A stretch of DNA of 64,000 nt from Acutalibacteraceae bacterium (GCA_045534445.1 JAZSJQ010000057.1:24548-88547), one strand, 5' to 3'; shown: positions 26,250 to 34,431, counted from the stretch's first letter. Notes: generated by a model from the letters alone, not told the origin. A program made the numbers and translations.

Positions 26250-28616
26250 TTATTCAATACTGGAGGTCTGGGAGGCGGTTATCTTCTTCGTGCTCTGTGC
26301 GGCAATGAATACCGCAATGAGTGTTGCTCCTATGAGCATAAGGGGATATATCACATAAGCCTCAAGAGGTACTATGTCGTATTTTATAAAATCTGCACCC
26401 ATCATTTTAAATATCGGGGTGATAAGAAGCTGGGTTGCAGGGGTGGAAAGTGCTATGCCGAGAACGGCGGATATTATCAGCACTATGCCCATTCTCAGAA
26501 CATGCCAGCGGACTGTGAAGCCCTTTGTAAAGCCTGCTGCTCTCAGCATTGCGATCTGTCCCTTTTCCTTGGCGATGAAGGAACGCTCCATGAGCATGGC
26601 GATCATCATGCAGATAATTATCATAATCGGTGTGAGCAGATTGCGGATGGATTCGACCATTTCAGCAGAGCCTGTGAAATAGTTTGCATATTCTCCGCCA
26701 TTCATAACCCTGGATTCCGGATAAAGCTCCGCCAGGCGCTCCTTGCGTCTCTCAAGCTCTTTTTCGTCGGGGTTATCACAGAAGGTTATCTGATAGGCAT
26801 TGAAGCCTGCTGCCTGAGAGTAGTTTATCTCGGCATCTTCATGAAGTCTTACACCGTTGCCCATGTTCATCATGGACTGGAATATTCCCACAACCAGAAC
26901 TTCACGCTTTTTGTCCATGTCGGTGTAGGTAAAGGTATCCCCTATCGTTACGTCAAGGGCCTCTGCCACCTTTGTGGTTATTGCCACCTCATCAGGATTC
27001 TGCGGTGCTGAGCCTTCGGAATAAACATAATCCGAAGCCTTTACACCTGTTCCCTGGAAAATCATTCCTGCATAAGAATTTTCTCCTGCATCAAGGGTGC
27101 TGAACATGAATATCTCGCCGAAGGCATAACAAGGCATTCCTTCTTCTTCAAGGGTCTTTTCTATTTCCTTCAGGTCTCGTCTGAAATTGTCTCTGCCCTT
27201 TTCCTCGAAATAGTCAACATATGTTGTGTCAACCAGATAAACATCGCTTTCGGCAGTTCCGAAATAGGCTACCAGCTTATCACTTTTCAGGGTGTTTATT
27301 GTGTTGATGACAACTATTGTCATAACAAGGCACAGTGTAAAGGCTATTATCATAGTGATATAGCGTTTTGCGTTGCTCAGAATATCATTGAGCGACAGGA
27401 AGGACACAGGTCTCATTCGTCCCTTTGCAAGGGACAGGGGACTTCTTTTTGAGAATCTCTCACCCTCTGAGCCGTCACGGACAGCCGCTACAGGTGAAAG
27501 CTTCTTTACTCTCTTTGTGCCGCCCCAGCAGAATATCATTACTACGAAAACCACCAGTGCAACACAGATGACATTTACAAAATAAAGTCTGCTGCCGTTT
27601 ATTATCATTATCTGAGAAGCTTTTTCAAGCAGCATATTGCCGAAGGGAATACCTGCTGCAAGTCCCAGCACAGCGCCGACTACAGAAATCGCAAAGTATT
27701 TTACGAGATACAGACCTCTTATCTTTCTGTCTGATATGCCCACTGCCTTCATTACGCCGATCTCACGGAATTCCTGAGAGAGTGTGAAGTTGATGGTGAA
27801 GCGAAGCACAACTATCGCTATGAGCACAAGGCAGATGCTGACTACAAGAAATACTCCTGCAACTGCCATGTCAAGAACATACATCGACTGCATCAGGTCG
27901 GAGTCTGCCATCAGAACTGTGCTCAGTCCTGTATCCATAAGCTCTTTTGCAAATTTCTTTGTGTCTTTTGTCTCTATTGAGCAGAGTGCTCCTGCACGCT
28001 GCTGTTCCTTTACAAGAGGCTCTGAATAAATCTCTTTGAAATCCTCGTATGATATTATGCATCTTGTTGATCCTACATTGGGAGAACCTAAAAGTGCGTC
28101 CTTGATAAAAGCTTCAACAGTAAATTCTTTTTTTGTTTCTCCGAGGGTTACCATAATGGTATCGCCGACTTTGATATCGTTCTTGTTTCTTAATTTGACA
28201 GGCAGATATATCTTGCCGCTTTCTATCGACTCAATAAGCATGTCGTCCTCTGTGAAATAAGAAAGGGACGCTTCCTCGAAAGCGAAAAGAGTCAGTGTCG
28301 GTGCATTTTCTATCTCTTCGCCGTTTAATAACGCATCGTCCGCACTCAGATAAACAAGCGGCTCGGTGTGATGGGAATCGGCAAGCTCTATAGAACCGAT
28401 CACACTGTCGAGCTCTTCTGCCTCCGTTCCCTTTGTCATTACAACGTAGTCGCTCATGCCTGCCATTTCAAAGAAATCGTCCTGCGCATTGATTATGGTC
28501 AGAATGTTGTTTGCACTGCTCGATACAAACACCGCCGACAGGGTTATGAATACAAGCAGTATGATGTTCATTACCTTATTTCGCTTAAGGTCTTTTTTCA
28601 GTATTCTAAGATACAT
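26250..28616 (-). CDS. FtsX-family ABC transporter permease (788 aa, duplicated FtsX module)
   Basis: MYLRILKKDLKRNKVMNIILLVF..., with two blocks of TM helices separated by large loops. FtsX-like segments include GVMKAVGISDRKI and AMLRAAGFTKGF. Confidence 0.9.
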   Translation of the reverse strand: MYLRILKKDLKRNKVMNIILLVFITLSAVFVSSSANNILTIINAQDDFFEMAGMSDYVVMTKGTEAEELDSVIGSIELADSHHTEPLVYLSADDALLNGEEIENAPTLTLFAFEEASLSYFTEDDMLIESIESGKIYLPVKLRNKNDIKVGDTIMVTLGETKKEFTVEAFIKDALLGSPNVGSTRCIISYEDFKEIYSEPLVKEQQRAGALCSIETKDTKKFAKELMDTGLSTVLMADSDLMQSMYVLDMAVAGVFLVVSICLVLIAIVVLRFTINFTLSQEFREIGVMKAVGISDRKIRGLYLVKYFAISVVGAVLGLAAGIPFGNMLLEKASQIMIINGSRLYFVNVICVALVVFVVMIFCWGGTKRVKKLSPVAAVRDGSEGERFSKRSPLSLAKGRMRPVSFLSLNDILSNAKRYITMIIAFTLCLVMTIVVINTINTLKSDKLVAYFGTAESDVYLVDTTYVDYFEEKGRDNFRRDLKEIEKTLEEEGMPCYAFGEIFMFSTLDAGENSYAGMIFQGTGVKASDYVYSEGSAPQNPDEVAITTKVAEALDVTIGDTFTYTDMDKKREVLVVGIFQSMMNMGNGVRLHEDAEINYSQAAGFNAYQITFCDNPDEKELERRKERLAELYPESRVMNGGEYANYFTGSAEMVESIRNLLTPIMIIICMMIAMLMERSFIAKEKGQIAMLRAAGFTKGFTVRWHVLRMGIVLIISAVLGIALSTPATQLLITPIFKMMGADFIKYDIVPLEAYVIYPLMLIGATLIAVFIAAQSTKKITASQTSSIE

Positions 28617-28882
28617 AAGGCTTTTCTGTCCTTTCTCTGAAAGTGCCCTCAGGGCGTCCCCCTCGGAACTGTCATGAGTTTAGCACGGCAATTATTAAAC
28701 AATCCTTAAATGATTTAATATTCTGTTTTTTCATTTTAGCACACTTTGTTCTGTAAGAACAGCAAAAAGCTCCTTCCCGTTCGGAAAGGAGCTTTAAATA
28801 AATCATAATAGTTTTTTGCATTTTACAAAAGGATACAATCACGGCAATATATACTCGGATTTTCCACCTCATCCGCCTCGTC

Positions 28883-28934
28883 GAGTTCGCATTTTTGCGA
28901 ACTCTGCTCGGCACCTTCCCCTCAAGGGGAAGGC
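28883..28934. repeat. Double-hairpin intergenic element, copy A
   Basis: GAGTTCGC-ATTTTT-GCGAACTC followed by CCTTCCCC-TCAA-GGGGAAGG. It is about 75 percent identical over 50 nt to copy B at 35729-35778. Confidence 0.7.
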
Positions 28935-28969
28935 TTTAATTGCATTGTCCCCTTTGGAAACCTGTTTTT

Positions 28970-29620
28970 CTATACTTTTTTATCTCTGAGCATGGGGCGT
29001 GCTATCTTTTCATTGAAAAGCTCAATGAGCGGTCCCATGAAGAAGGCTGTGATTATGGTTCCGATGCCGATGATGGTCGGGATCGCCTTCCATTCTCCGC
29101 CGCCCAGCACAAACAGCAGTGCGCCCGATATCACGCAGACGATGTCTGTGCAGATGCGGATATACTTGAATTTCCATAATTTCCATTTGTTTGCGCAGAT
29201 AAGCGCAATTGCATCATAGGTGGATACGCCAAGGTCGGCGGTCATATAAAGCGATGAGCCGAAGCATATGACCACTATGCCCACTATCAGACAGCCTATT
29301 CTCAGTGGCAGTGAAGGCTCATCGAACACCTTCAGAAGCAGTCCGTGGGTAAATTCGGTAACGTAGCCTAAAAGGAACAGGTTTATAAATGTGGCGATGC
29401 CTATGTAATGCCTGTCAAAAACAAGGCTGAACAGCAGAAGCACTGCGTTGACTATTACATATAATGTACCGAAATCTATGGGTATGAGCCTGTCAAGTCC
29501 GCTCATAAGGGACTGGAACGGGTCTACACCAAAGGCGGCTATCTTGAAAACAGCCACGCTCACTGCGCAGATTATTACACCTGCTGCCGACATTATTATC
29601 CTCTTTACGGTATTATTCAA
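28970..29620 (-). CDS. YczE/YyaS/YitT-like membrane protein
   Basis: MNNTVKRIIMSAAGVIICAVSVAVFKIAAFGVDPFQSLMSGL... is a multi-TM protein. It uses a TTG start with an AGAGGA RBS. Confidence 0.6.
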   Translation of the reverse strand: MNNTVKRIIMSAAGVIICAVSVAVFKIAAFGVDPFQSLMSGLDRLIPIDFGTLYVIVNAVLLLFSLVFDRHYIGIATFINLFLLGYVTEFTHGLLLKVFDEPSLPLRIGCLIVGIVVICFGSSLYMTADLGVSTYDAIALICANKWKLWKFKYIRICTDIVCVISGALLFVLGGGEWKAIPTIIGIGTIITAFFMGPLIELFNEKIARPMLRDKKV

Positions 29621-29654
29621 ATTGTTTCCTCTTTCCTGTTTTTACTGCTTCAGT

Positions 29655-29683
29655 ATTATAACTTCATTGCGTATCTATGTCAA
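29655..29683 (-). promoter_or_regulatory. Consensus sigma-A promoter for the YczE-like gene
   Basis: Minus strand TTGACA (29678-29683), 17-nt spacer, TATAAT (29655-29660). Confidence 0.65.
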
Positions 29684-29785
29684 CAAAAACAATCTGGTCA
29701 TATAAATAAACTCATAACTGACTATTTTAAAATGACCAGTTTTGTATTATCTTTATTATATAACTGAGAAAACGGAGGCATTGCT

Positions 29786-30391
29786 ATGATGACCATTACA
29801 TACAAGGTTAAAAACGGCATATATGTCAATATGACAAACCGCTGTCCCTGCGCCTGCACCTTCTGCCTGAGGCAGAACGGCGACTGCGTATACGGCTCGG
29901 ATTCCCTGTGGCTCGAGCGTGAGCCGACGGTCAGTGAGGTCTGCGAAAGCATTGATTCCTACGACCTTTCAAAGGAACAGGAGATCGTTTTCTGCGGCTA
30001 CGGTGAGCCCACAGAACGGCTTGACGATCTGCTGGAGGTGGCTTCCTTTATCCGTTCTAAGAGTGATATCCCCATTCGCATAAACACTAACGGACTCTCT
30101 GACCTTATAAACGGCGAAAAGACTGCACAGAAGCTTCGTGGACTTATCGACACCGTTTCAATAAGCCTCAATGCCACAAACAAAGAGGATTATCTGAGCA
30201 TAGTCCGCCCAAAGTTTGGCATTGATTCTTTCGATGCCATGCTCAGCTTTGCAAAGGACTGCACCCTTTATGTCCCCAATGTTATAATGACGGTGGTCGA
30301 TGTGGTCACCACTCCCGAAGAGCAGGAGACATGCAGGGAGATATGCCGGTCTGTCGGAGCAACGCTTCGCGTAAGACCGTATGAGGAATAA
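29786..30391 (+). CDS. Radical SAM protein, TatD-associated (TIGR04038-like) family
   Basis: CPCACTFC is a CxxxCxxC motif near the N-terminus. The size is about 200 aa, and ...VFCGYGEPT...INTNG... is present. Confidence 0.75.
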   Translation: MMTITYKVKNGIYVNMTNRCPCACTFCLRQNGDCVYGSDSLWLEREPTVSEVCESIDSYDLSKEQEIVFCGYGEPTERLDDLLEVASFIRSKSDIPIRINTNGLSDLINGEKTAQKLRGLIDTVSISLNATNKEDYLSIVRPKFGIDSFDAMLSFAKDCTLYVPNVIMTVVDVVTTPEEQETCREICRSVGATLRVRPYEE

Positions 30392-30473
30392 GTGTATTCT
30401 GATGCTTTTGTGTTGAAACGGGTAATTTTTCATATATAATCAAATTATACTGATAAAAAAGGAACGTGATGCT

Positions 30474-32318
30474 ATGGCAGGACCTATGGGAAGAGGTCTT
30501 GGACCTCGCGGATTTCTTACCGATGAAGAAAAGCAGAATATGCCGAAGGTTACAAAGGGGCTTCTTCTGCGTATTTTAAGCTACTTAAAGCCCTACTGGC
30601 TCCAGTTTGTTTTTGTGTTCGTCGCCATTCTCCTGTCGGCGGGTGTGGGACTTCTCCCCTCCATCATTACAGGACGAATCGTTGACGAGGCACTTATCGG
30701 CAACGACCTTGCACTACTTATAAAGCTTCTGCTTATGGCTTTTGCAACTCTGACCATATCTCAGGTCATCGGAGTGCTGGAAAACTACATAAACGCATGG
30801 ATATCCCAGCGCATCATCTTCGATATGAAGAACCAGATGTATGACCATCTCCAGCACATGCCCCACTCCTTCTTTACCTCCGAAAAGCAGGGCGATATCA
30901 TAACACGAATGAACACGGACATCAGCGGCGTAAGCTCTGTTATTTCCGGCACTCTGTCTAGCATAGTCAGCAACGTGGCGACAGTCGTTACCACCCTTGT
31001 GGCTCTCTTTACAATGAGCTGGAAGCTGGCACTTGTGGGCATTGTGGTAATCCCTCTGCTTATTCTTCCTACAAAGAGCGTCGGTAAGACAAGATGGAAG
31101 CTTCTGACCGAAAGTCAGGCAAAGAACGACGAGATGAATCAGCTTGTAAACGAGACTCTCAGCGTCAGCGGTTCGATGCTCGTAAAGCTCTTTACAAGGG
31201 AAAAGAAAGAGTATGACCGCTTTGTGGACGTAAACGAAGAGGTTACTCAACTGGCACTTAAGGAACAGCGAAGCGGTAAGTGGTTTATGGTCATTATGGG
31301 TATGTTTAGCCAGATAGGACCTCTGCTGATTTATTTTGCAGGCGGTCTGTTCATTATAAAAGGGCTCGACCCCACCCTTACGGTCGGTGTCATCACCGCT
31401 ACCGTTGCCCTTATCAATCGCCTTTATCGACCCGTTCAGTCGCTTTTAAACATTCAGGTGGACTTTACCCGTTCCCTTGCACTCTTTACCCGTATATTCG
31501 ATTATTTCGACAAGGAGAACACCATTGTCTCCCCCGAAAACGGAAAGAAGCCCCATGTTGCCTGCGCTGACATCGATTTTGATCACGTTGCTTTCTCCTA
31601 CACTCCCGAAAAGCCCCTGCTGACGGATATCGATTTTACCGTTCCCGGCGGGCAGATGTTTGCCATAGTCGGCCCTTCAGGCTCGGGTAAGTCTACGGTT
31701 GTAAACCTTATTCCGAGACTTTATGATTGTCTCGACGGCTGTGTTACTGTAGGCGGTGTTGACGTGCGCGATTTTGACCTTACATATCTGCGCGAGAAGA
31801 TTGGCGTTGTAACTCAGGACACTTACCTTTTCAACGGCACCATAAAAGAAAATCTCCTGTATGCAAAGGACGATGCAACACAGGAAGAGATAGAAAATGC
31901 CTGCCGAACTGCAAGCATTCACGATTTTATTGTAAATCAGCCCGACGGTTACGACACAATGGTGGGCAACCGAGGCTTGAAGCTCTCAGGCGGTGAGAAG
32001 CAGAGACTTTCCATTGCCCGTGTCATACTCAAGAATCCCGATATTCTCATTCTGGACGAAGCTACCTCCGCCCTTGACTCGATCTCCGAAAACGCCATTC
32101 AGGACGCTCTCGAGGTGCTTATGGACGGCAGGACAAGCATTGTCATCGCTCACAGGCTTTCTACAATTCTCAAAGCAGATAAGATTCTTGTTGTAAAGGA
32201 CGGAGTCATTGCAGAGCAGGGTACTCACGAGGATCTGCTGGCTAAGGGAGGCACTTACAGAGATCTGTACGAGACACAGTTCAGACAAATTCTCGAATAT
32301 GAGGCTGAAAAGAAGTAG
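30474..32318 (+). CDS. ABC exporter, fused permease/ATPase (MsbA-like type I exporter)
   Basis: Six-TM N-terminal half, then Walker A GPSGSGKST, signature LSGGEKQR and Walker B ILILDEATSALD. Confidence 0.93.
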   Translation: MAGPMGRGLGPRGFLTDEEKQNMPKVTKGLLLRILSYLKPYWLQFVFVFVAILLSAGVGLLPSIITGRIVDEALIGNDLALLIKLLLMAFATLTISQVIGVLENYINAWISQRIIFDMKNQMYDHLQHMPHSFFTSEKQGDIITRMNTDISGVSSVISGTLSSIVSNVATVVTTLVALFTMSWKLALVGIVVIPLLILPTKSVGKTRWKLLTESQAKNDEMNQLVNETLSVSGSMLVKLFTREKKEYDRFVDVNEEVTQLALKEQRSGKWFMVIMGMFSQIGPLLIYFAGGLFIIKGLDPTLTVGVITATVALINRLYRPVQSLLNIQVDFTRSLALFTRIFDYFDKENTIVSPENGKKPHVACADIDFDHVAFSYTPEKPLLTDIDFTVPGGQMFAIVGPSGSGKSTVVNLIPRLYDCLDGCVTVGGVDVRDFDLTYLREKIGVVTQDTYLFNGTIKENLLYAKDDATQEEIENACRTASIHDFIVNQPDGYDTMVGNRGLKLSGGEKQRLSIARVILKNPDILILDEATSALDSISENAIQDALEVLMDGRTSIVIAHRLSTILKADKILVVKDGVIAEQGTHEDLLAKGGTYRDLYETQFRQILEYEAEKK

Positions 32319-32324
32319 AATAAT

Positions 32325-33113
32325 ATGATATTCACAAAAGAACAACTGAAAAAACAGATTGCCGAAATGGGCATTTCCCCCTCGGACACTGTACTGATAC
32401 ATACATCCATGCGTGCTGTGGGCGAGGTTGAAAACGGAGCTGACGGAGTTATCGATGCATTTATTGAGTATCTCCGTGACGGTCTGTTTCTTGTTCCTAC
32501 CCACACATGGGACAGGGTTTATTCCGAAAAGCCTGTATATGATGTAAGGAGCACTGTTCCTTGCATCGGCGCTCTGCCGAGGGCTGCGGCTTTCAGGCAG
32601 GACGGTGTGCGATCCCTGCACCCCACGCACTCTGTATGGGCTTGCGGCAAAGGTGCTGAGGATTTTATTAAAAACGAAGAAAACGCACTCTCCCCTTGTC
32701 CTCCCGGCTTTGTATGGGATCGTCTTGCAGATGTGAATGCAAAAATACTTCTGATCGGTGTTGGAAACGATAAAAATACCTTTATTCACGCCGTCGAAGA
32801 GGTTGCTGACATTCCCGACAGACTCGCGGAAAATCCCTTTGAGGTAACGATTCTCGACTACGACGGCAATGCTCACCGTCACCCCTATCGCTGCCATTGC
32901 TGCAGCAGATCGGACGATGTGTCGAGGCAATTTGTGAATTTTGACAAGCCGCTTGTCAAACTTGGCGCACAATCCTTCGGCAAGCTCGGTAATGCTGATG
33001 TGCGTATTGTTGACGCCGCTCTCTGCAAGGAGATTATTCTTCGGATTTATTCACGGGCAGACAGCGACCTGTGCATAGAGCTGTGTGAGATACCAACGGA
33101 GTTTTATATGTGA
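32325..33113 (+). CDS. AAC(3)-family aminoglycoside N-acetyltransferase-like protein
   Basis: ...GISPSDTVLIHTSMRAVGEVENGADGVIDAF...LVPTHTW...SLHPTHSVWA... are typical AAC(3) fold motifs. It starts 6 nt after the exporter stop. Confidence 0.8.
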   Translation: MIFTKEQLKKQIAEMGISPSDTVLIHTSMRAVGEVENGADGVIDAFIEYLRDGLFLVPTHTWDRVYSEKPVYDVRSTVPCIGALPRAAAFRQDGVRSLHPTHSVWACGKGAEDFIKNEENALSPCPPGFVWDRLADVNAKILLIGVGNDKNTFIHAVEEVADIPDRLAENPFEVTILDYDGNAHRHPYRCHCCSRSDDVSRQFVNFDKPLVKLGAQSFGKLGNADVRIVDAALCKEIILRIYSRADSDLCIELCEIPTEFYM

Positions 33114-33144
33114 AAAGCCACGGCGGAATTACCGCCGTGGCTTT
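33114..33144 (+). terminator. Intrinsic terminator after the AAC(3)-like gene
   Basis: AAAGCCACGGCGG-AATTA-CCGCCGTGGCTTT, immediately after the TGA. Confidence 0.8.
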
Positions 33145-33149
33145 ACTTA

Positions 33150-33290
33150 TGCTTCGCCTTTGGTGAAATATTTTGCCTATCGGCAAAATGTGAAATTAAA
33201 TCCACCCACCGCCGCGACGATTTCACTCAAGCTTTGCTCGAATTTCACATTGCAGAGCAATATTTCTCCCCCCCGAAAGGGTGGATTTAG
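33150..33290. repeat. Structured spacer rich in GTGAAAT/ATTTCAC repeats and nested inverted repeats
   Basis: GTGAAAT at 33163 and 33190; ATTTCAC at 33220 and 33242. ATTTTGCC/GGCAAAAT lie at 33170/33182, TTTGCTC/GAGCAA at 33233/33255, and AAATCCACCC/GGGTGGATTT at 33198/33279. Confidence 0.6.
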
Positions 33291-33291
33291 T

Positions 33292-33326
33292 AAAAAAAGA
33301 CCTTGTCTTTCGACAAGGTCTTTTTT
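33292..33326. terminator. Bidirectional intrinsic terminator downstream of tRNA-Tyr
   Basis: A7-GACCTTGTC-TTTC-GACAAGGTC-T6. Confidence 0.9.
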
Positions 33327-33327
33327 C

Positions 33328-33412
33328 TGGTGGGAGCGGGTGGATTCGAACCACCGAAGTCGTCGACAACAGATTTACAGTCTGCCCCCTTTGGCCACTC
33401 GGGAACACTCCC
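33328..33412 (-). tRNA. tRNA-Tyr (anticodon GUA), long variable arm, CCA encoded
   Basis: The reverse complement GGGAGTGTTCCCGAGTGGCCAAAGGGGGCAGACTGTAAATCTGTTGTCGACGACTTCGGTGGTTCGAATCCACCCGCTCCCACCA folds as a cloverleaf, with anticodon loop CTGTAAA. Confidence 0.93.
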
Positions 33413-33440
33413 ATGTTCCTATTTATTCAATTGCACGATC

Positions 33441-33516
33441 TGGAGCCGGTGGACGGACTCGAACCACCGCTCTGCTCGTCACAAATCAGCTGCTCTACCA
33501 ACTGAGCTACACCGGC
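33441..33516 (-). tRNA. tRNA-Thr-like (anticodon UGU) with non-canonical anticodon arm, CCA encoded
   Basis: The reverse complement is GCCGGTGTAGCTCAGTTGGTAGAGCAGCTGATTTGTGACGAGCAGAGCGGTGGTTCGAGTCCGTCCACCGGCTCCA. The acceptor, D and T arms are canonical, and the anticodon loop is TTTGTGA. The sequence is confirmed by all three overlapping ORF-track translations. Confidence 0.8.
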
Positions 33517-33574
33517 ACGCCGTGAATCCCAACCTCGCTTACGAGGTTACTGCCCTTTCGCAGAACGCTTGCTT

Positions 33575-33603
33575 AATATACATCATAAAACGATATTTGT
33601 CAA
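33575..33603 (-). promoter_or_regulatory. Sigma-A promoter of the tRNA-Thr/tRNA-Tyr operon
   Basis: Minus strand TTGACA (33598-33603), 17-nt spacer, TATATT (33575-33580), about 60 nt upstream of the tRNA-Thr 5' end. Confidence 0.65.
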
Positions 33604-33891
33604 GGCTTTTTTCAAATTTTCCGAAAATTATTTTTCATCCGTTTTCGAAAAGCTTACTCGAGCCTTACTGCCGCCATTTATGTGCCGGATTTTGTTTAAG
33701 TTTAACATAGAATTTCTGATTTTGCAAGTATTACTCTCCTTTGTTTGTGAAATATTTTAGATAACCTGCAAAAATGCATATCTGTAAAATATAAAATCTT
33801 CTGCTATGAAAAAGTGGCTCTTTTTCAAATTGATAGCCCTTGCGGATAGCTGTATAATTTATATCAGAGAACAAACAAAAGGAGTTTTATT

Positions 33892-34353
33892 ATGAATGAA
33901 AAGTACGCAGAGGGAAATTTTTACACCATTAATCATATTGTCATGTTTTCAGGTCTTTCCGACCGAACAATACGAAATTATATCTCCATGGGTCTGCTCA
34001 AAGGCGAAAAGATTAACGGCCTGTGGCACTTTACTCCCGAGCAGACTGAGGCATTTCTGACTCACCCTTCTGTGCGTCCAAGTATTCTTGCAAAAAACAA
34101 TGCCATTGTCTATGATTTTCTGCTCAATGATAAAAAGGCAGCGCACGAAGGCTGCATTATACTCGATTTTCCGGACGATGACCCCAAAAAGCTTTCAGCA
34201 TTTTTCTGCTATACCATAAGCAATGGTGGATACAGCAACATTAATTTCAGCTTTGACTGTATTAAAAAGTCTGTTCCCCGTGTTATTCTCAGTGGTTATA
34301 CTGAGGATATTCTGAAGCTTGTTACAGAGTATTATAAGCAGCGGAACAATTAA
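33892..34353 (+). CDS. Helix-turn-helix (MerR/excisionase-like HTH) domain protein, 153 aa
   Basis: FYTINHIVMFSGLSDRTIRNYISMGLLKGEKINGLWHFTPEQ. The C-terminal half is unassigned. Confidence 0.6.
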   Translation: MNEKYAEGNFYTINHIVMFSGLSDRTIRNYISMGLLKGEKINGLWHFTPEQTEAFLTHPSVRPSILAKNNAIVYDFLLNDKKAAHEGCIILDFPDDDPKKLSAFFCYTISNGGYSNINFSFDCIKKSVPRVILSGYTEDILKLVTEYYKQRNN

Positions 34354-34431
34354 CCGTTTATTTACAGCAGCGTCATTTCCTGTTGTCTTCTGTGTGGTAT
34401 ATGTATTGATAAACTGCTATGGAGGTAATTT

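Noticed and set aside
25971-27011. A 346-aa plus-strand ORF. Other antisense ORFs lie at 31986-32972, 36808-37428, 40231-40929, 44133-44780 and 30714-31250.
   Set aside because: They are antisense to well-supported CDSs (FtsX permease, ABC exporter/AAC(3), helicase, GH3) and have no family signatures or translation signals.
28679-28740. A direct repeat TTTAGCAC (28679 and 28733) upstream of the FtsX permease operon, considered as possible response-regulator boxes.
   Set aside because: It is only an 8-mer in AT-rich DNA with 54-nt spacing, which is not typical of OmpR-family tandem sites. It is indistinguishable from chance without comparative data.
28672-28914. ORF 28672-28914 (-) and ORF 35740-36045 (-).
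   Set aside because: Their N-terminal or C-terminal parts are simply translations of the double-hairpin repeat element (for example PSRVRKNANS). The rest is AT-rich intergenic sequence or overlaps bioY out of frame.
33085-33710. Track ORFs 33085-33525, 33281-33505, 33303-33710 and 33223-33414.
   Set aside because: They run across the two tRNA genes, their terminator and the repeat spacer. Peptide strings such as WWERVDSNHRSRRQQ are the classic translation of tRNA sequence.
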